NCBI GenBank assembly: GCA_965223855.1
Contig: CBDCXM010000009.1
Coordinates: forward strand, 2,944,001-3,008,000
Length of the DNA: 64,000 nucleotides
Source of the DNA: Candidatus Multivoradales bacterium
Lineage (GTDB): Bacteria; Acidobacteriota; Thermoanaerobaculia; Multivoradales; JAHEKO01
Reading direction: 5' to 3'
Of this stretch, positions 9,642 to 18,514 are shown in pieces. Positions within the stretch are counted from its first letter, which is position 1; the number at the start of each line of letters is the position of its first letter. Made by a program: the position numbers and the translations under genes. Under the pieces are notes generated by a model, which was given only the letters and a program-made list of their open reading frames with translations, searched no databases and had not been told where the DNA came from.

Positions 9642-10823
9642 TCAGTCGTTGGAGCGGCCGAAATTGCTCGCCAGCTCGGCGAAGTCGCGTCCGTTGACAA
9701 CCCCGTCGTCGGTGATGTCGGCCAGCTGGGAGTAGCGCGGCTCGCCGTCGCGGGCTCCGAAGGCGTAGGCGACGATCAGGAGGTCGATACCGTCTACTCG
9801 GCAGCTCTTGTCGAGATCGCCGCGAAGAATCCTGCCGCCCTGGACCGGGAACCTTTGCAGCACCTTGTGAGCGACGTTCGGCGGATCGGCCTGATCGGAG
9901 GCCGAGAAGCCGAAGTTCGCGAAGCAGCTCAAACTGTCGGCGGTCGCACGGTGCTCCAGGGTCACCTTGCGCGGGCCGCCACTCGCCGTGGTCTCGATCG
10001 GCTCGCCGTTGATGGTGAGCGTGGCGGTGGCGCGATCGATCCCCTCGCCGAGATCGTAGATCTCCAACTCGAGCCGATCTCCGGGCCGAAGCTCCGGAAC
10101 GAGGTAACCGGGGAGCATCTGTCCCGCAACGGGACTCTCGCGGTCGTCGCCGTTGAGAAGATCGAAGAAGGTGTCGGCCATCAGCGCGAAGCCGTCGGGA
10201 TTGGGATGGCCTACGGTGTCGGCTACCCGGCTGTAGAGCGTGCCGAACGGGTTGGGCGAGTAGAGGAAGGCGTCGAAGATGTCCGACAGCTGCCCCTGCT
10301 GCCGGAAGGCCGTGTCGCGGATCTCCCGCACGAGGGCGAAGGTCAGGTCGTTGTTGACGTCACGCCGCGCCGTCGGCGGGCGTGGGATCACGGTGGCGAG
10401 GATCGGCTCACTGCCGAAGTCGGTGACCCGGCCGGCCATCGCGGCAAGGTTGCCGGCCACACTCTCGAACGAGATCTCGCCATCGAGCACGAGATTCACG
10501 TCGTTCGTTCCCTCCATGATGATGACCGTCTGGGGATTGGCATCCGCCATCGAGGAACGGATCCGACTGAGCCCCTCGGCGGTTACCTCGCTGTCGCGGC
10601 CGCCGTTGACGACGACGGCATCGGGGTCCTCCTGGCGCAGCTTGCTCTGGAGCCGACCGGGATAGCCGCCACGGTTCTGGGTGTCGAACCGGCTGTCGCC
10701 TCGGGTGATGCTGTCGCCGAACGCCAGCACTCGCGACGGTGGCTGGGCGAGAAGGGGGGACGCTGCGACCGTCAGCAGCGTCGCCAGAGTTACCGTCCCC
10801 GCGGCAAGCCAGCGCCACCTCAC
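9642..10823 (-). CDS. Secreted SGNH/GDSL hydrolase with C-terminal dockerin-like domain
   Basis: GTG start overlapping the upstream stop; signal peptide; FGDSIT, MEGTND, GHPN blocks; C-terminal GDLDKSCRVDGIDL...ADITDDGVVNGRDF. Confidence 0.8.
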   Translation of the reverse strand: MRWRWLAAGTVTLATLLTVAASPLLAQPPSRVLAFGDSITRGDSRFDTQNRGGYPGRLQSKLRQEDPDAVVVNGGRDSEVTAEGLSRIRSSMADANPQTVIIMEGTNDVNLVLDGEISFESVAGNLAAMAGRVTDFGSEPILATVIPRPPTARRDVNNDLTFALVREIRDTAFRQQGQLSDIFDAFLYSPNPFGTLYSRVADTVGHPNPDGFALMADTFFDLLNGDDRESPVAGQMLPGYLVPELRPGDRLELEIYDLGEGIDRATATLTINGEPIETTASGGPRKVTLEHRATADSLSCFANFGFSASDQADPPNVAHKVLQRFPVQGGRILRGDLDKSCRVDGIDLLIVAYAFGARDGEPRYSQLADITDDGVVNGRDFAELASNFGRSND

Positions 10824-11869
10824 GGGACGCTCTCCCACTCGAGTGCCACGTCGCCCCGACCCAGGGGCCATCGAAAGTCGGGCGTCGTGCGGCCCGCATC
10901 GACGAGGACCGGGGCGTCGCGCGACTCCTCGACGACCGACGCGCTGCGGGTAGGCGCCCCGTCGATGGCGAGGTCGTAGACCGTCCATCCGGCCGGAAAG
11001 GCGTTCCGGACGAGAAGGTAGTCACCGCGCTCCAGGCGGCGGAACTGAGGGAACAGAGAGCCCGGCCCGCCGATGTCGCGGGAAGCCGACCAGCTGCCGT
11101 TTTCGAACCGCGCCAGCCGCACGTGGTACTCGGAGGAAGCGGGTTCGAGCCGGCTCCAGGCCAGCCATGCCCCGCCCGGGGCCGGCAGCAGCGCCGGTGT
11201 GACGTCGGGAACGCTGTTCGCGGGAGTCACTCTGCGTGCGGCGGTCCAGCTGCCGTCCGTCTCACGCAACGCCCAGTAGAGCTCGTCGTCGTGGCCGTCG
11301 TAGCGGCTCCAGACCAACAGCGTCCGCCCGTCGTCCAGCGGCTGCGCCACCAGCCCTGACTGGCTGCCGCCGATCGGCCTGGCCAGCGTCGCCGGCTCAC
11401 CCCAACCCCCGTCTTCGAGCGCGGCGAACCGGACTTCGAAGCGGGTCGGATGATCTCCCTCGAGCCAGGCGATTCCCTCGACGCCGTCGCGGGAAGGCAC
11501 GGGCACCACACCGGTGCGAAGCGCCGCCCTGCGGTCCGCCGGAGGTGCGATCCGTCGGGGGCCGCGGCCGAGATCCGCGAGAACGGTGAGCTCGAGCCCT
11601 TCCCGATCGGGTCGGACGCCCGCCGCCATCCACCCCTCGGCGCTCTCCTCGAAGGCGAGCCAGACCTCGTCGGGACGGGCTCTGAATCGCTGCCGCGCGC
11701 CGTCGGGAGCGACGACTCGCCCCTGGCGGCCACGGACCTCGAACGTCCATCCACGGGAGGCCACCGTGGCTTGTAGAGCCCGCTCGGTAGCGCCACGCCG
11801 TGCCGCGCCCACGGCGTCGGCCAGCAGGAACACGGCGATACCCAGCAAAGCCAGCAACGGCCTTCTCAT
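10820..11869 (-). CDS. Hypothetical secreted protein, possibly beta-propeller
   Basis: MRRPLLALLGIAVFLLA signal peptide; repeated strand motifs IAWLE, LLVWSR, WLAWSR. Start chosen 7 nt downstream of a -10 box. Confidence 0.65.
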   Translation of the reverse strand: MRRPLLALLGIAVFLLADAVGAARRGATERALQATVASRGWTFEVRGRQGRVVAPDGARQRFRARPDEVWLAFEESAEGWMAAGVRPDREGLELTVLADLGRGPRRIAPPADRRAALRTGVVPVPSRDGVEGIAWLEGDHPTRFEVRFAALEDGGWGEPATLARPIGGSQSGLVAQPLDDGRTLLVWSRYDGHDDELYWALRETDGSWTAARRVTPANSVPDVTPALLPAPGGAWLAWSRLEPASSEYHVRLARFENGSWSASRDIGGPGSLFPQFRRLERGDYLLVRNAFPAGWTVYDLAIDGAPTRSASVVEESRDAPVLVDAGRTTPDFRWPLGRGDVALEWESVP

Positions 11870-11876
11870 CGGAGGC

Positions 11877-11905
11877 ATCCTACGGGCGCCTCCGGGGGGT
11901 GTCAA
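11877..11905 (-). promoter_or_regulatory. Sigma70-type promoter TTGACA-17-TAGGAT
   Basis: -35 at 11905-11900, -10 at 11882-11877, ATG 7 nt later. Confidence 0.7.
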
Positions 11906-11931
11906 CGCGTTGACCTTGCTGCTGCGGGCTC

Positions 11932-11960
11932 TTGTGGTGCGAGGGCCGCTTGCCTATCAT
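11932..11960 (+). promoter_or_regulatory. Sigma70-type promoter TTGTGG-17-TATCAT for cinA
   Basis: -35 at 11932-11937, -10 at 11955-11960, GTG 6 nt later, no SD. Confidence 0.6.
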
Positions 11961-11966
11961 CCCGGC

Positions 11967-13232
11967 GTGCGAGCAGCGATTCTGGCGGTCGGATCCGAGC
12001 TCCTCGGGACGGTCCGTCTCGATACCAACTCCCTGCGTCTCACGGAGGTCCTCGACGAGCGGGGCGTGGAGCTCGTCTACAAGTCGGTCCTCGGCGATCG
12101 CCTGTCGGATCTCGCGCCGGCTCTGAAACTGGCGATCGAGTCGGTCGATCTGGTGCTCGTGACCGGGGGTCTCGGGCCGACTGCCGACGACCTCACCCGG
12201 GAGGCGCTGGCTACGGCGACCGGAACCGAGCTCCACGAGCGCGACGAGATCGTCGAAGAGATCCGGCGACGCTTCGCCAGCTTCGGCAGGGAGATGCCGG
12301 AGATCAACCGCCGGCAGGCGCTGGTCCCGACCGGTGGGGTGCCGCTCGACAATCCGGTCGGCTCAGCGCCCGGCCTCCGGCTCGAGGCCGAAGGGGGAGC
12401 TACCGTGTTTCTCTTCCCGGGAGTGCCGCGCGAGCTCGCCGTGATGATCGATCGCCACTTCGCTCCCTGGCTTCACGAACGGACGAGTGCGGGAGGAACG
12501 TTCCGCTCGACGCTTCGAGTCGCGTGCGTCGCCGAATCGACGGTCGAGGAGCGGCTGGCGCCGGTCTACGAGGCCTTCGGCGAGCTCGCGATCCTGGCTC
12601 GTCCGGGCGACGTGGAGGTGAGACTCGAGGCGGCAGCCGCCGGTGAGCTGGCAGCCTTCGAGCAGGCGGCCCGGGAGGCGCTCGGCGACGCCGTCTACGG
12701 CAGCGGCGAGGCCGGGCTCGAGACGGTCGTGCTGGACGCGCTCAGAGAACGGAAGTGGAGCATGGCGACCGCGGAGTCCTGCACGGGTGGATGGATTGCA
12801 CAAAGGCTGACGTCGGTGCCTGGCAGCAGCGACGCCTTCGTCGGTGGAGTGGTCGCCTACGACAACGCCGTGAAGACCCGCACCCTGGGGGTCCGGGAGA
12901 CGACCCTCGCGCTCCACGGAGCTGTCAGCACCGAGGTGGCCGAGGAGATGGCGAGCGGGGCCCTCGCCGCCCTCGGCGCCGACGTAGCGGTCGCCGTGAG
13001 CGGCATCGCCGGGCCGGGCGGCGGAACGCGGGACAAGCCGGTGGGCACGGTCTGTGTAGCCCTCGCCGCACCGGCAGAAAGCCATTCCGGGATCGCCCTG
13101 CTCTCACGTCGGCTGCAACTGCCGGGCGATCGGGAGGTGGTCCGGGCGCTCGCCACACAATGGAGTCTCGACCTTGTCCGCCGCTGGGTCCTCGGCCTCG
13201 AAGCCTCGCCGGTGGGCGTAACGACCGACTGA
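11967..13232 (+). CDS. cinA: CinA family protein (COG1058 domain + NMN deamidase PncC domain)
   Basis: AVGSELL, DTNS, TGGLGPTADDLT, GSAPG, PGVPRE, then TAESCTGG, HGAVS, SGIAGPGGG, KPVG. Confidence 0.93.
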   Translation: MRAAILAVGSELLGTVRLDTNSLRLTEVLDERGVELVYKSVLGDRLSDLAPALKLAIESVDLVLVTGGLGPTADDLTREALATATGTELHERDEIVEEIRRRFASFGREMPEINRRQALVPTGGVPLDNPVGSAPGLRLEAEGGATVFLFPGVPRELAVMIDRHFAPWLHERTSAGGTFRSTLRVACVAESTVEERLAPVYEAFGELAILARPGDVEVRLEAAAAGELAAFEQAAREALGDAVYGSGEAGLETVVLDALRERKWSMATAESCTGGWIAQRLTSVPGSSDAFVGGVVAYDNAVKTRTLGVRETTLALHGAVSTEVAEEMASGALAALGADVAVAVSGIAGPGGGTRDKPVGTVCVALAAPAESHSGIALLSRRLQLPGDREVVRALATQWSLDLVRRWVLGLEASPVGVTTD

Positions 13233-13275
13233 TGCGCTGTCTCGTCTCCGCCTGCGGACGACCGAGGGCCTGATC

Positions 13276-13923
13276 GTGCTGCCCGTCACGCTCTCGATCG
13301 CGGCCGCGTATCTCGTGGGGAGCTTCCCGAGCGGCTACTGGATGGTGCGCTGGCGCGGCGGTGCGGACGTCAGGCTCCTCGGTAGCGGCAGCTCCGGAGC
13401 GACGAATGTGCTGAGGGTCTCGGGAGCGTTCGCTGCGGTTCCCGTGCTGCTGCTCGACATCGGCAAGGGAGCGCTCGCGGTCGTCATCGGCGGACTGCTG
13501 GAGGTTCCGGTCTGGGCGCTCGGCGCCACGGCCGCGGCGGCGGTGATCGGACACGTCTGGCCGCTGTGGCTCCACTTCCGCGGGGGCAAAGGGGTCGCGA
13601 CCGCGGCCGGCGCGTTCCTGCTCCTGTCTCCCATGGGCGTGGCGATGGCAGCCGTCGCTTTCCTGCTCGTGGCGGGGGTGACTCGTATCGTCTCCCTCGG
13701 CTCGGTAGCGGCCGCCGGAGTGTTGCCGCTGGCGCTGGCACTCGACGGGTCGGTCGATCCCACTCTGATAGCTTGGGCCATGCTGGTCGCCGGGCTGGTG
13801 GTGGGATGCCACCACGAGAATCTCTCGAGGCTGCGCCGCGGCAGTGAGGCACGACTGGGAAAGCGCCCCGATTCCGGCGACGATCGAGACGGCGGCGAGG
13901 GGGACTCCGGCCTTGGGAACTGA
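13276..13923 (+). CDS. plsY: Glycerol-3-phosphate acyltransferase PlsY
   Basis: YLVGSFP, GSGSSGATNVLR, DIGKG, GHVWP, FRGGKGVAT, HHENLSRL. Confidence 0.93.
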   Translation: MLPVTLSIAAAYLVGSFPSGYWMVRWRGGADVRLLGSGSSGATNVLRVSGAFAAVPVLLLDIGKGALAVVIGGLLEVPVWALGATAAAAVIGHVWPLWLHFRGGKGVATAAGAFLLLSPMGVAMAAVAFLLVAGVTRIVSLGSVAAAGVLPLALALDGSVDPTLIAWAMLVAGLVVGCHHENLSRLRRGSEARLGKRPDSGDDRDGGEGDSGLGN

Positions 13924-14944
13924 TCGCGACGCCCGGTCGTCGATAGGCGTCCTGGGCGCCGGATCCTGGGGGACGGCTCTCGCGGTGCACGCAGCGGGCC
14001 TCGGCCACGAAGTTCGGCTGTGGGGTCGAGATGAGGCTGCGATCGACACCCTCACCGCGGAGCGCGTCAACGAGCACTATCTCCCGGGAGTCACGTTTCC
14101 CGACGGATTGGAGCCGGTCTCCGCCCTCGAGCGGCTCGCTGGCTGCGAGTTGCTGCTGGTCGTCGTCCCGTCGCATGTCGTCGCAGAGGTGGTCGGCTCG
14201 CTCCTGGCGACGTTGGCGGGGGACGCGGCACCGACTCTCATCTCCGCCAGCAAGGGAGTCGAAGTGGAGACTCTCCGGCGGATGAGCGAGGTGCTCGCAG
14301 ACGAGGCGCGGCGAGCGGGGCGCGAAAGCCGGGTGGCGACCCTCTCCGGGCCGACCTTCGCCGACGAGCTGGCACGCGGCGTCCCGAGTGCCGCCGTCAT
14401 CGCCGCCGAGGAGGCCTCACTGGCGGAGGAGCTGTGCGAGCGGCTCGCCAGTCCGCGGCTACGGCTCTACTCGAGTACCGACCTCGTCGGAGTGGAGCTC
14501 GGAGGAACGGCGAAGAACGTCATCGCGCTCGGTTCCGGAATGATCGAAGGGCTCGGCCTCGGTCACAACACCCGGGCCGCCCTCATCACCCGCGGCCTGC
14601 GGGAGATCACCCGTCTCGGGGTGGCCTGTGGCGGCAGGGCGGAGACGTTCTCCGGGTTGGCGGGGCTCGGCGATCTGGTGCTCACCTGTACCGGGGGTGC
14701 TTCCAGGAATCTCAAGGCGGGGATGGAGATCGCCGCAGGCCGGACGCTGGAGGAGATCCAGTCCTCGGCCTCGATGGTCGCCGAAGGACTGATCAACACC
14801 CGTTCGGTGGCAGCGCTCGCCCGCTCGCTCGGCGTGGAGATGCCGATCACCGAGCAGATGGAAGCCGTGATCTATGGCGGCAAGGCGCCCGCACGGGCGC
14901 TGGAGGAGCTGATGACCCGAGACTTGAAGGCGGAGAGCGAATGA
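13913..14944 (+). CDS. gpsA: NAD(P)H-dependent glycerol-3-phosphate dehydrogenase
   Basis: GAGSWGTALA, SKG, LSGPTFA, KNVIA, GLAGLGDLVLTC, SRN, AEG. The TTG start after a G-rich SD is inferred. Confidence 0.95.
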   Translation: MGTDRDARSSIGVLGAGSWGTALAVHAAGLGHEVRLWGRDEAAIDTLTAERVNEHYLPGVTFPDGLEPVSALERLAGCELLLVVVPSHVVAEVVGSLLATLAGDAAPTLISASKGVEVETLRRMSEVLADEARRAGRESRVATLSGPTFADELARGVPSAAVIAAEEASLAEELCERLASPRLRLYSSTDLVGVELGGTAKNVIALGSGMIEGLGLGHNTRAALITRGLREITRLGVACGGRAETFSGLAGLGDLVLTCTGGASRNLKAGMEIAAGRTLEEIQSSASMVAEGLINTRSVAALARSLGVEMPITEQMEAVIYGGKAPARALEELMTRDLKAESE

Positions 14945-16485
14945 GCGTCGAACATCAGACCGTGCTGGTGCTGGACTTCGGCAGCCAGTACACGCAACTG
15001 ATCGCCCGGCGGGTGCGGGAGAACCGCGTCTACTGCGAGATTCACCCGCCCGATCTGGCCGCGGAGACGATCCGCGAGCGCGCGCCGATCGGCGTCATCC
15101 TCTCCGGCGGGCCTCAGAGCGTGTACAGCGACGACGCCTCGCGCCCGGACCCGAGCCTCTTCGATCTCGGCGTGCCGGTGCTCGGCATCTGCTACGGGAT
15201 GCAGGTGATGGCGCAGGATCTGGGCGGCACGGTCGAGGGGTCGAGTCACCGCGAGTACGGGCGCGCGGAGATCGGCGTCGAGGGAGAGTGTCCGCTCTTC
15301 GAGGGGTGCGACCGGACGGAGACCGTCTGGATGAGCCACGGTGATCGAGTCGCCAGTCCGCCCGCCGGCTTCGAGCCTGTCGCATCGACCCGCAACGCTC
15401 CGATCGTCGCCTTCGAGGACCGCGGCAGGCGGCTCTACGGCATTCAGTTCCACCCCGAGGTCTCCCACACGGTTTCGGGCGATCTGATCCTGCGAAACTT
15501 CCTCTACGGGATCTGCGGCGCCGCCGGCGACTGGGGGATGGCGTCGTTCCTGACCGAGACGGTGGCCGACCTCGAAGAGCGGCATCCGGAAGGCAACATC
15601 CTCTGCGGCCTCTCAGGCGGCGTCGACAGCTCGGTCGTCACGGTGCTCCTGAACCGTGCCTTCGGCGACCGGGTCAAGCCGGTGTTCGTCGACAACGGGC
15701 TGCTGCGCAAGAACGAAGCGCAACAGGTCCGACACAGTCTCGAAGACGGCCTCGGTCTCGACATCCTGACCGTCGATGCCGCCGACCGCTTCCTCGAAGC
15801 GCTGGAGGGAGTGGAGGATCCGGAGCAGAAGCGCAAGATCATCGGCCGCGTCTTCGTCGAGGTGTTCGAGAGTGCCGCCGCCGAGATCGACGATGTGCGC
15901 TACCTCGCTCAAGGGACGCTCTATCCCGACGTCATCGAGAGCGAGTCGGTGAAGGGGCCGTCGGCGGTCATCAAGACCCACCACAACGTCGGCGGACTTC
16001 CCGAGCGGCTGGGTTTCGAGCTCATCGAGCCGCTCCGCCTGCTGTTCAAGGACGAGGTCCGCCAGCTCGGGCGCGAGCTGTTGATTCCCGAGGCGCTGAT
16101 CGGGCGGCACCCGTTTCCCGGGCCGGGCCTCGCCGTCCGCGTCCTCGGGGCGGTCGACTCCGCACGGGCAGACCTCCTCAGGGAGGCGGACGCCATCTTT
16201 CTGCAGGAGCTCCGCGAAGCCGGCCTCTACGACCGCGTCAGCCAGGCGTTCGCGGTCTTGCTGCCGGTGCGGAGCGTCGGCGTGATGGGGGACTTCCGCA
16301 CATACGACAACGTCGTCGCGCTGCGGGCCGTGGAGACCCAGGACTTCATGACCGCGGACTGGGCTCAGCTGCCGCACGAGCTCCTCGGCCGCGCAGCGAA
16401 CCGGATCGTCAACGAAGTGCCGGGCGTGAATCGGGTCGTCTACGACGTGACGAGCAAGCCGCCGGCGACGATCGAGTGGGAGTGA
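14941..16485 (+). CDS. guaA: GMP synthase (glutamine-hydrolysing)
   Basis: DFGSQYTQLIARR, GICYGMQ, QFHPEV, SGGVDSSV, KTHHNVGG, KPPATIEWE. Confidence 0.98.
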   Translation: MSVEHQTVLVLDFGSQYTQLIARRVRENRVYCEIHPPDLAAETIRERAPIGVILSGGPQSVYSDDASRPDPSLFDLGVPVLGICYGMQVMAQDLGGTVEGSSHREYGRAEIGVEGECPLFEGCDRTETVWMSHGDRVASPPAGFEPVASTRNAPIVAFEDRGRRLYGIQFHPEVSHTVSGDLILRNFLYGICGAAGDWGMASFLTETVADLEERHPEGNILCGLSGGVDSSVVTVLLNRAFGDRVKPVFVDNGLLRKNEAQQVRHSLEDGLGLDILTVDAADRFLEALEGVEDPEQKRKIIGRVFVEVFESAAAEIDDVRYLAQGTLYPDVIESESVKGPSAVIKTHHNVGGLPERLGFELIEPLRLLFKDEVRQLGRELLIPEALIGRHPFPGPGLAVRVLGAVDSARADLLREADAIFLQELREAGLYDRVSQAFAVLLPVRSVGVMGDFRTYDNVVALRAVETQDFMTADWAQLPHELLGRAANRIVNEVPGVNRVVYDVTSKPPATIEWE

Positions 16486-16721
16486 CGTTCGAACTCGTCA
16501 CTCGCGAGGGGTGTCACCTGTGCGACGTCATGGCGGAGGCGCTCGACCGTGTCCTCCCGCCCCTCGGCATCGACTGGCAACCGATCGACGTCGATCGCGA
16601 CGACCTCCTCAGAGAGCGCTACGGGGAGGTCGTACCGGTCCTGCTTCGTGACGGGAGGCCGGTCGCCAAGGTTCGTGTCAGCGACGACCGGCTCCGACGC
16701 CTCGTCCGCCGCCGCCGCTGA
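16482..16721 (+). CDS. Glutaredoxin-like protein (DUF836 type)
   Basis: TREGCHLCD CxxC, IDVD, YGEVVPVL; GTGA overlap with guaA. Confidence 0.8.
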   Translation: MTFELVTREGCHLCDVMAEALDRVLPPLGIDWQPIDVDRDDLLRERYGEVVPVLLRDGRPVAKVRVSDDRLRRLVRRRR

Positions 16722-16737
16722 ACCTCGGAAGGTCTCT

Positions 16738-17346
16738 TCAGCGGTCCTCGGCCGGCCCGATCGCTTTCAGCAGGAAGCTGTTGCTCTGCAGCCACGGCGC
16801 GAGTTCGAGCGCCTCGAGGTGGTCCCTCAGTGCATCGGTGGCGGACGGATCGAGCTCCCAGCCGAGCCGCTCGAACCAGCCGAGCCAGTCCTCCGGCGGT
16901 CGGCAGTTGATGTGCCCTCTGCCCGCCTGTCCTTCGGGAGCGGCGGAGAAGTAGATCCACGACCGTGCGACCCGCGTCAGGGTCTCGACCAGCTGCAGCG
17001 AGCGTTCGGGTTCGATGTGCTCGGCGACCTCGACACAGCAGGCGAGATCGTAGCGACCCGCGGCGGCGCCGAAGTCGGCGACCTGTATCGAGCCGTTCAG
17101 CCGCTCGCCGATCAGTGTCCTGACGTCGGGGCTCAGATCGACTCCGGCGATCGACTTGCCCGCGCCGGAGAACCGCTCGAGGAGGAAACCGTTGCCGCAA
17201 CCGACGTCGATCGCCGAATCGAAGTCGAGGTGAGCCAACAGGAAGTCCGCGACGAGGTCGTAGTCCTCGCGGAAGCGCTCCCTCCTCTGCAGATCCTTGA
17301 GGCGGTAGGGCTTGGGGCGGCGTGCGAGACGGCGGAAGAGGCTCAC
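16738..17346 (-). CDS. Class I SAM-dependent methyltransferase
   Basis: IDVGCGNG, GVDLS, YDLACCVEVAEHI, GHINC; GTGA overlap with the DHH gene. Confidence 0.85.
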   Translation of the reverse strand: MSLFRRLARRPKPYRLKDLQRRERFREDYDLVADFLLAHLDFDSAIDVGCGNGFLLERFSGAGKSIAGVDLSPDVRTLIGERLNGSIQVADFGAAAGRYDLACCVEVAEHIEPERSLQLVETLTRVARSWIYFSAAPEGQAGRGHINCRPPEDWLGWFERLGWELDPSATDALRDHLEALELAPWLQSNSFLLKAIGPAEDR

Positions 17347-18416
17347 GGGGTTTCCTCGGCCTCCTCGCGAACGAACTCCGACCAGTCGATGGGCAGGAGG
17401 CGATCCGGGTTCTTCTTGAGCATCTTGGCCAACCGTGCGGACAGCTTGTTCTGAACCGCCTCCACCTTGCCGTTGGTCGTGTCCTCGAGCGCCATCCAGC
17501 CTCCTGCCATCATCCCGTGGCCGCCTCCCTTGCCCTTGCGTCCCAGCAGGCGGCGCATCAGCCGCCCGGCCTCCGCACGCGGGTTGGTGGTCCGCACCGA
17601 AAGGTAGAGCCGCTGCTCGAAGACGCCGGTCACGAACGACCAGGTCTTGCCTTCGAGACGCAGCAGCAGGTCGGCCACCTCCGGAACGATGTCCGGCTGC
17701 TCGATTTCACCGAGATGCGAGGTGATGAGCGTACTGACCGAGGCCATGTTCTCGACCGCACGACGCAGCGAGTGGAAGTAGGCGAGGCCGAGCGGCGGTT
17801 GCTGAATCTTGCCGAGCGCGCGAACGTTGACGAGCGGGCGCAGCGCATCGTGGATCGCACGATCGGCGTTCGAGAACTCGCGCCGGAAGTCCTGCGTCTC
17901 GGTGTGGATGGCGTAGATCAAAGCCGTCGCGATCGGCTTCGAGATCTCGATCTCCGCCTCGCGCAGGTACTCGGCCAGCATCGTCGCCGTGGCACCGTAG
18001 TCGGTGCGAATGTCGACGAACGCGGCGTCACGGGTCGCCCTTCGGACCGGATGGTGGTCGAAGACGAGGTCGGGGCTCAGATGGTCCGGGAACTGGTTGT
18101 TTCCGGTCCCCGGCTGGCAGTCGACGAGAGCGTAGTGGCGGTAGTTCTTCCAGTTCAGGTATCGCAGGTGGCTGATCCTCAACCCGAGGGTTCGAACCAT
18201 CTGCTTGTTCTCGGCCCGACCGATTATCCCGCCGTAGGCGATGGTCGCCTGGCGGCGGAACGCCTTGCGCAGCAGGGTCGCCAACGCCGCAGCAGCAGCC
18301 AGAGAGTCGGGGTCGGGATTGTCGTGCGTGAGGATCAACCACCGACCGCGATCGGAGGTCCTTGCGAGCAGTTCCTGCAGCTCGGCAAAGCGCGCACGAG
18401 TGCGCTCGGTCGTCAT
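17343..18416 (-). CDS. DHH family phosphoesterase
   Basis: THDNPDPDS, LVDCQ, FDHHP, GATATM, LSVRT, GGGHG; ATG at 18416, 10 nt after TACAAT. Confidence 0.88.
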   Translation of the reverse strand: MTTERTRARFAELQELLARTSDRGRWLILTHDNPDPDSLAAAAALATLLRKAFRRQATIAYGGIIGRAENKQMVRTLGLRISHLRYLNWKNYRHYALVDCQPGTGNNQFPDHLSPDLVFDHHPVRRATRDAAFVDIRTDYGATATMLAEYLREAEIEISKPIATALIYAIHTETQDFRREFSNADRAIHDALRPLVNVRALGKIQQPPLGLAYFHSLRRAVENMASVSTLITSHLGEIEQPDIVPEVADLLLRLEGKTWSFVTGVFEQRLYLSVRTTNPRAEAGRLMRRLLGRKGKGGGHGMMAGGWMALEDTTNGKVEAVQNKLSARLAKMLKKNPDRLLPIDWSEFVREEAEETP

Positions 18417-18514
18417 GAGGCCGCGTATTGTACCGGAGCAGAGTGTTCGAGCGGTGGTTCCACGTGGATGCGGATTCGGGTGAGCCGCGATCGGAACCAA
18501 CCCGTAACGAAAGC

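Noticed and set aside
8812-11869. Genomic island integrated at tRNA-Arg
   Set aside because: No integrase, no duplicated tRNA 3' end that I could find, and no visible compositional shift.
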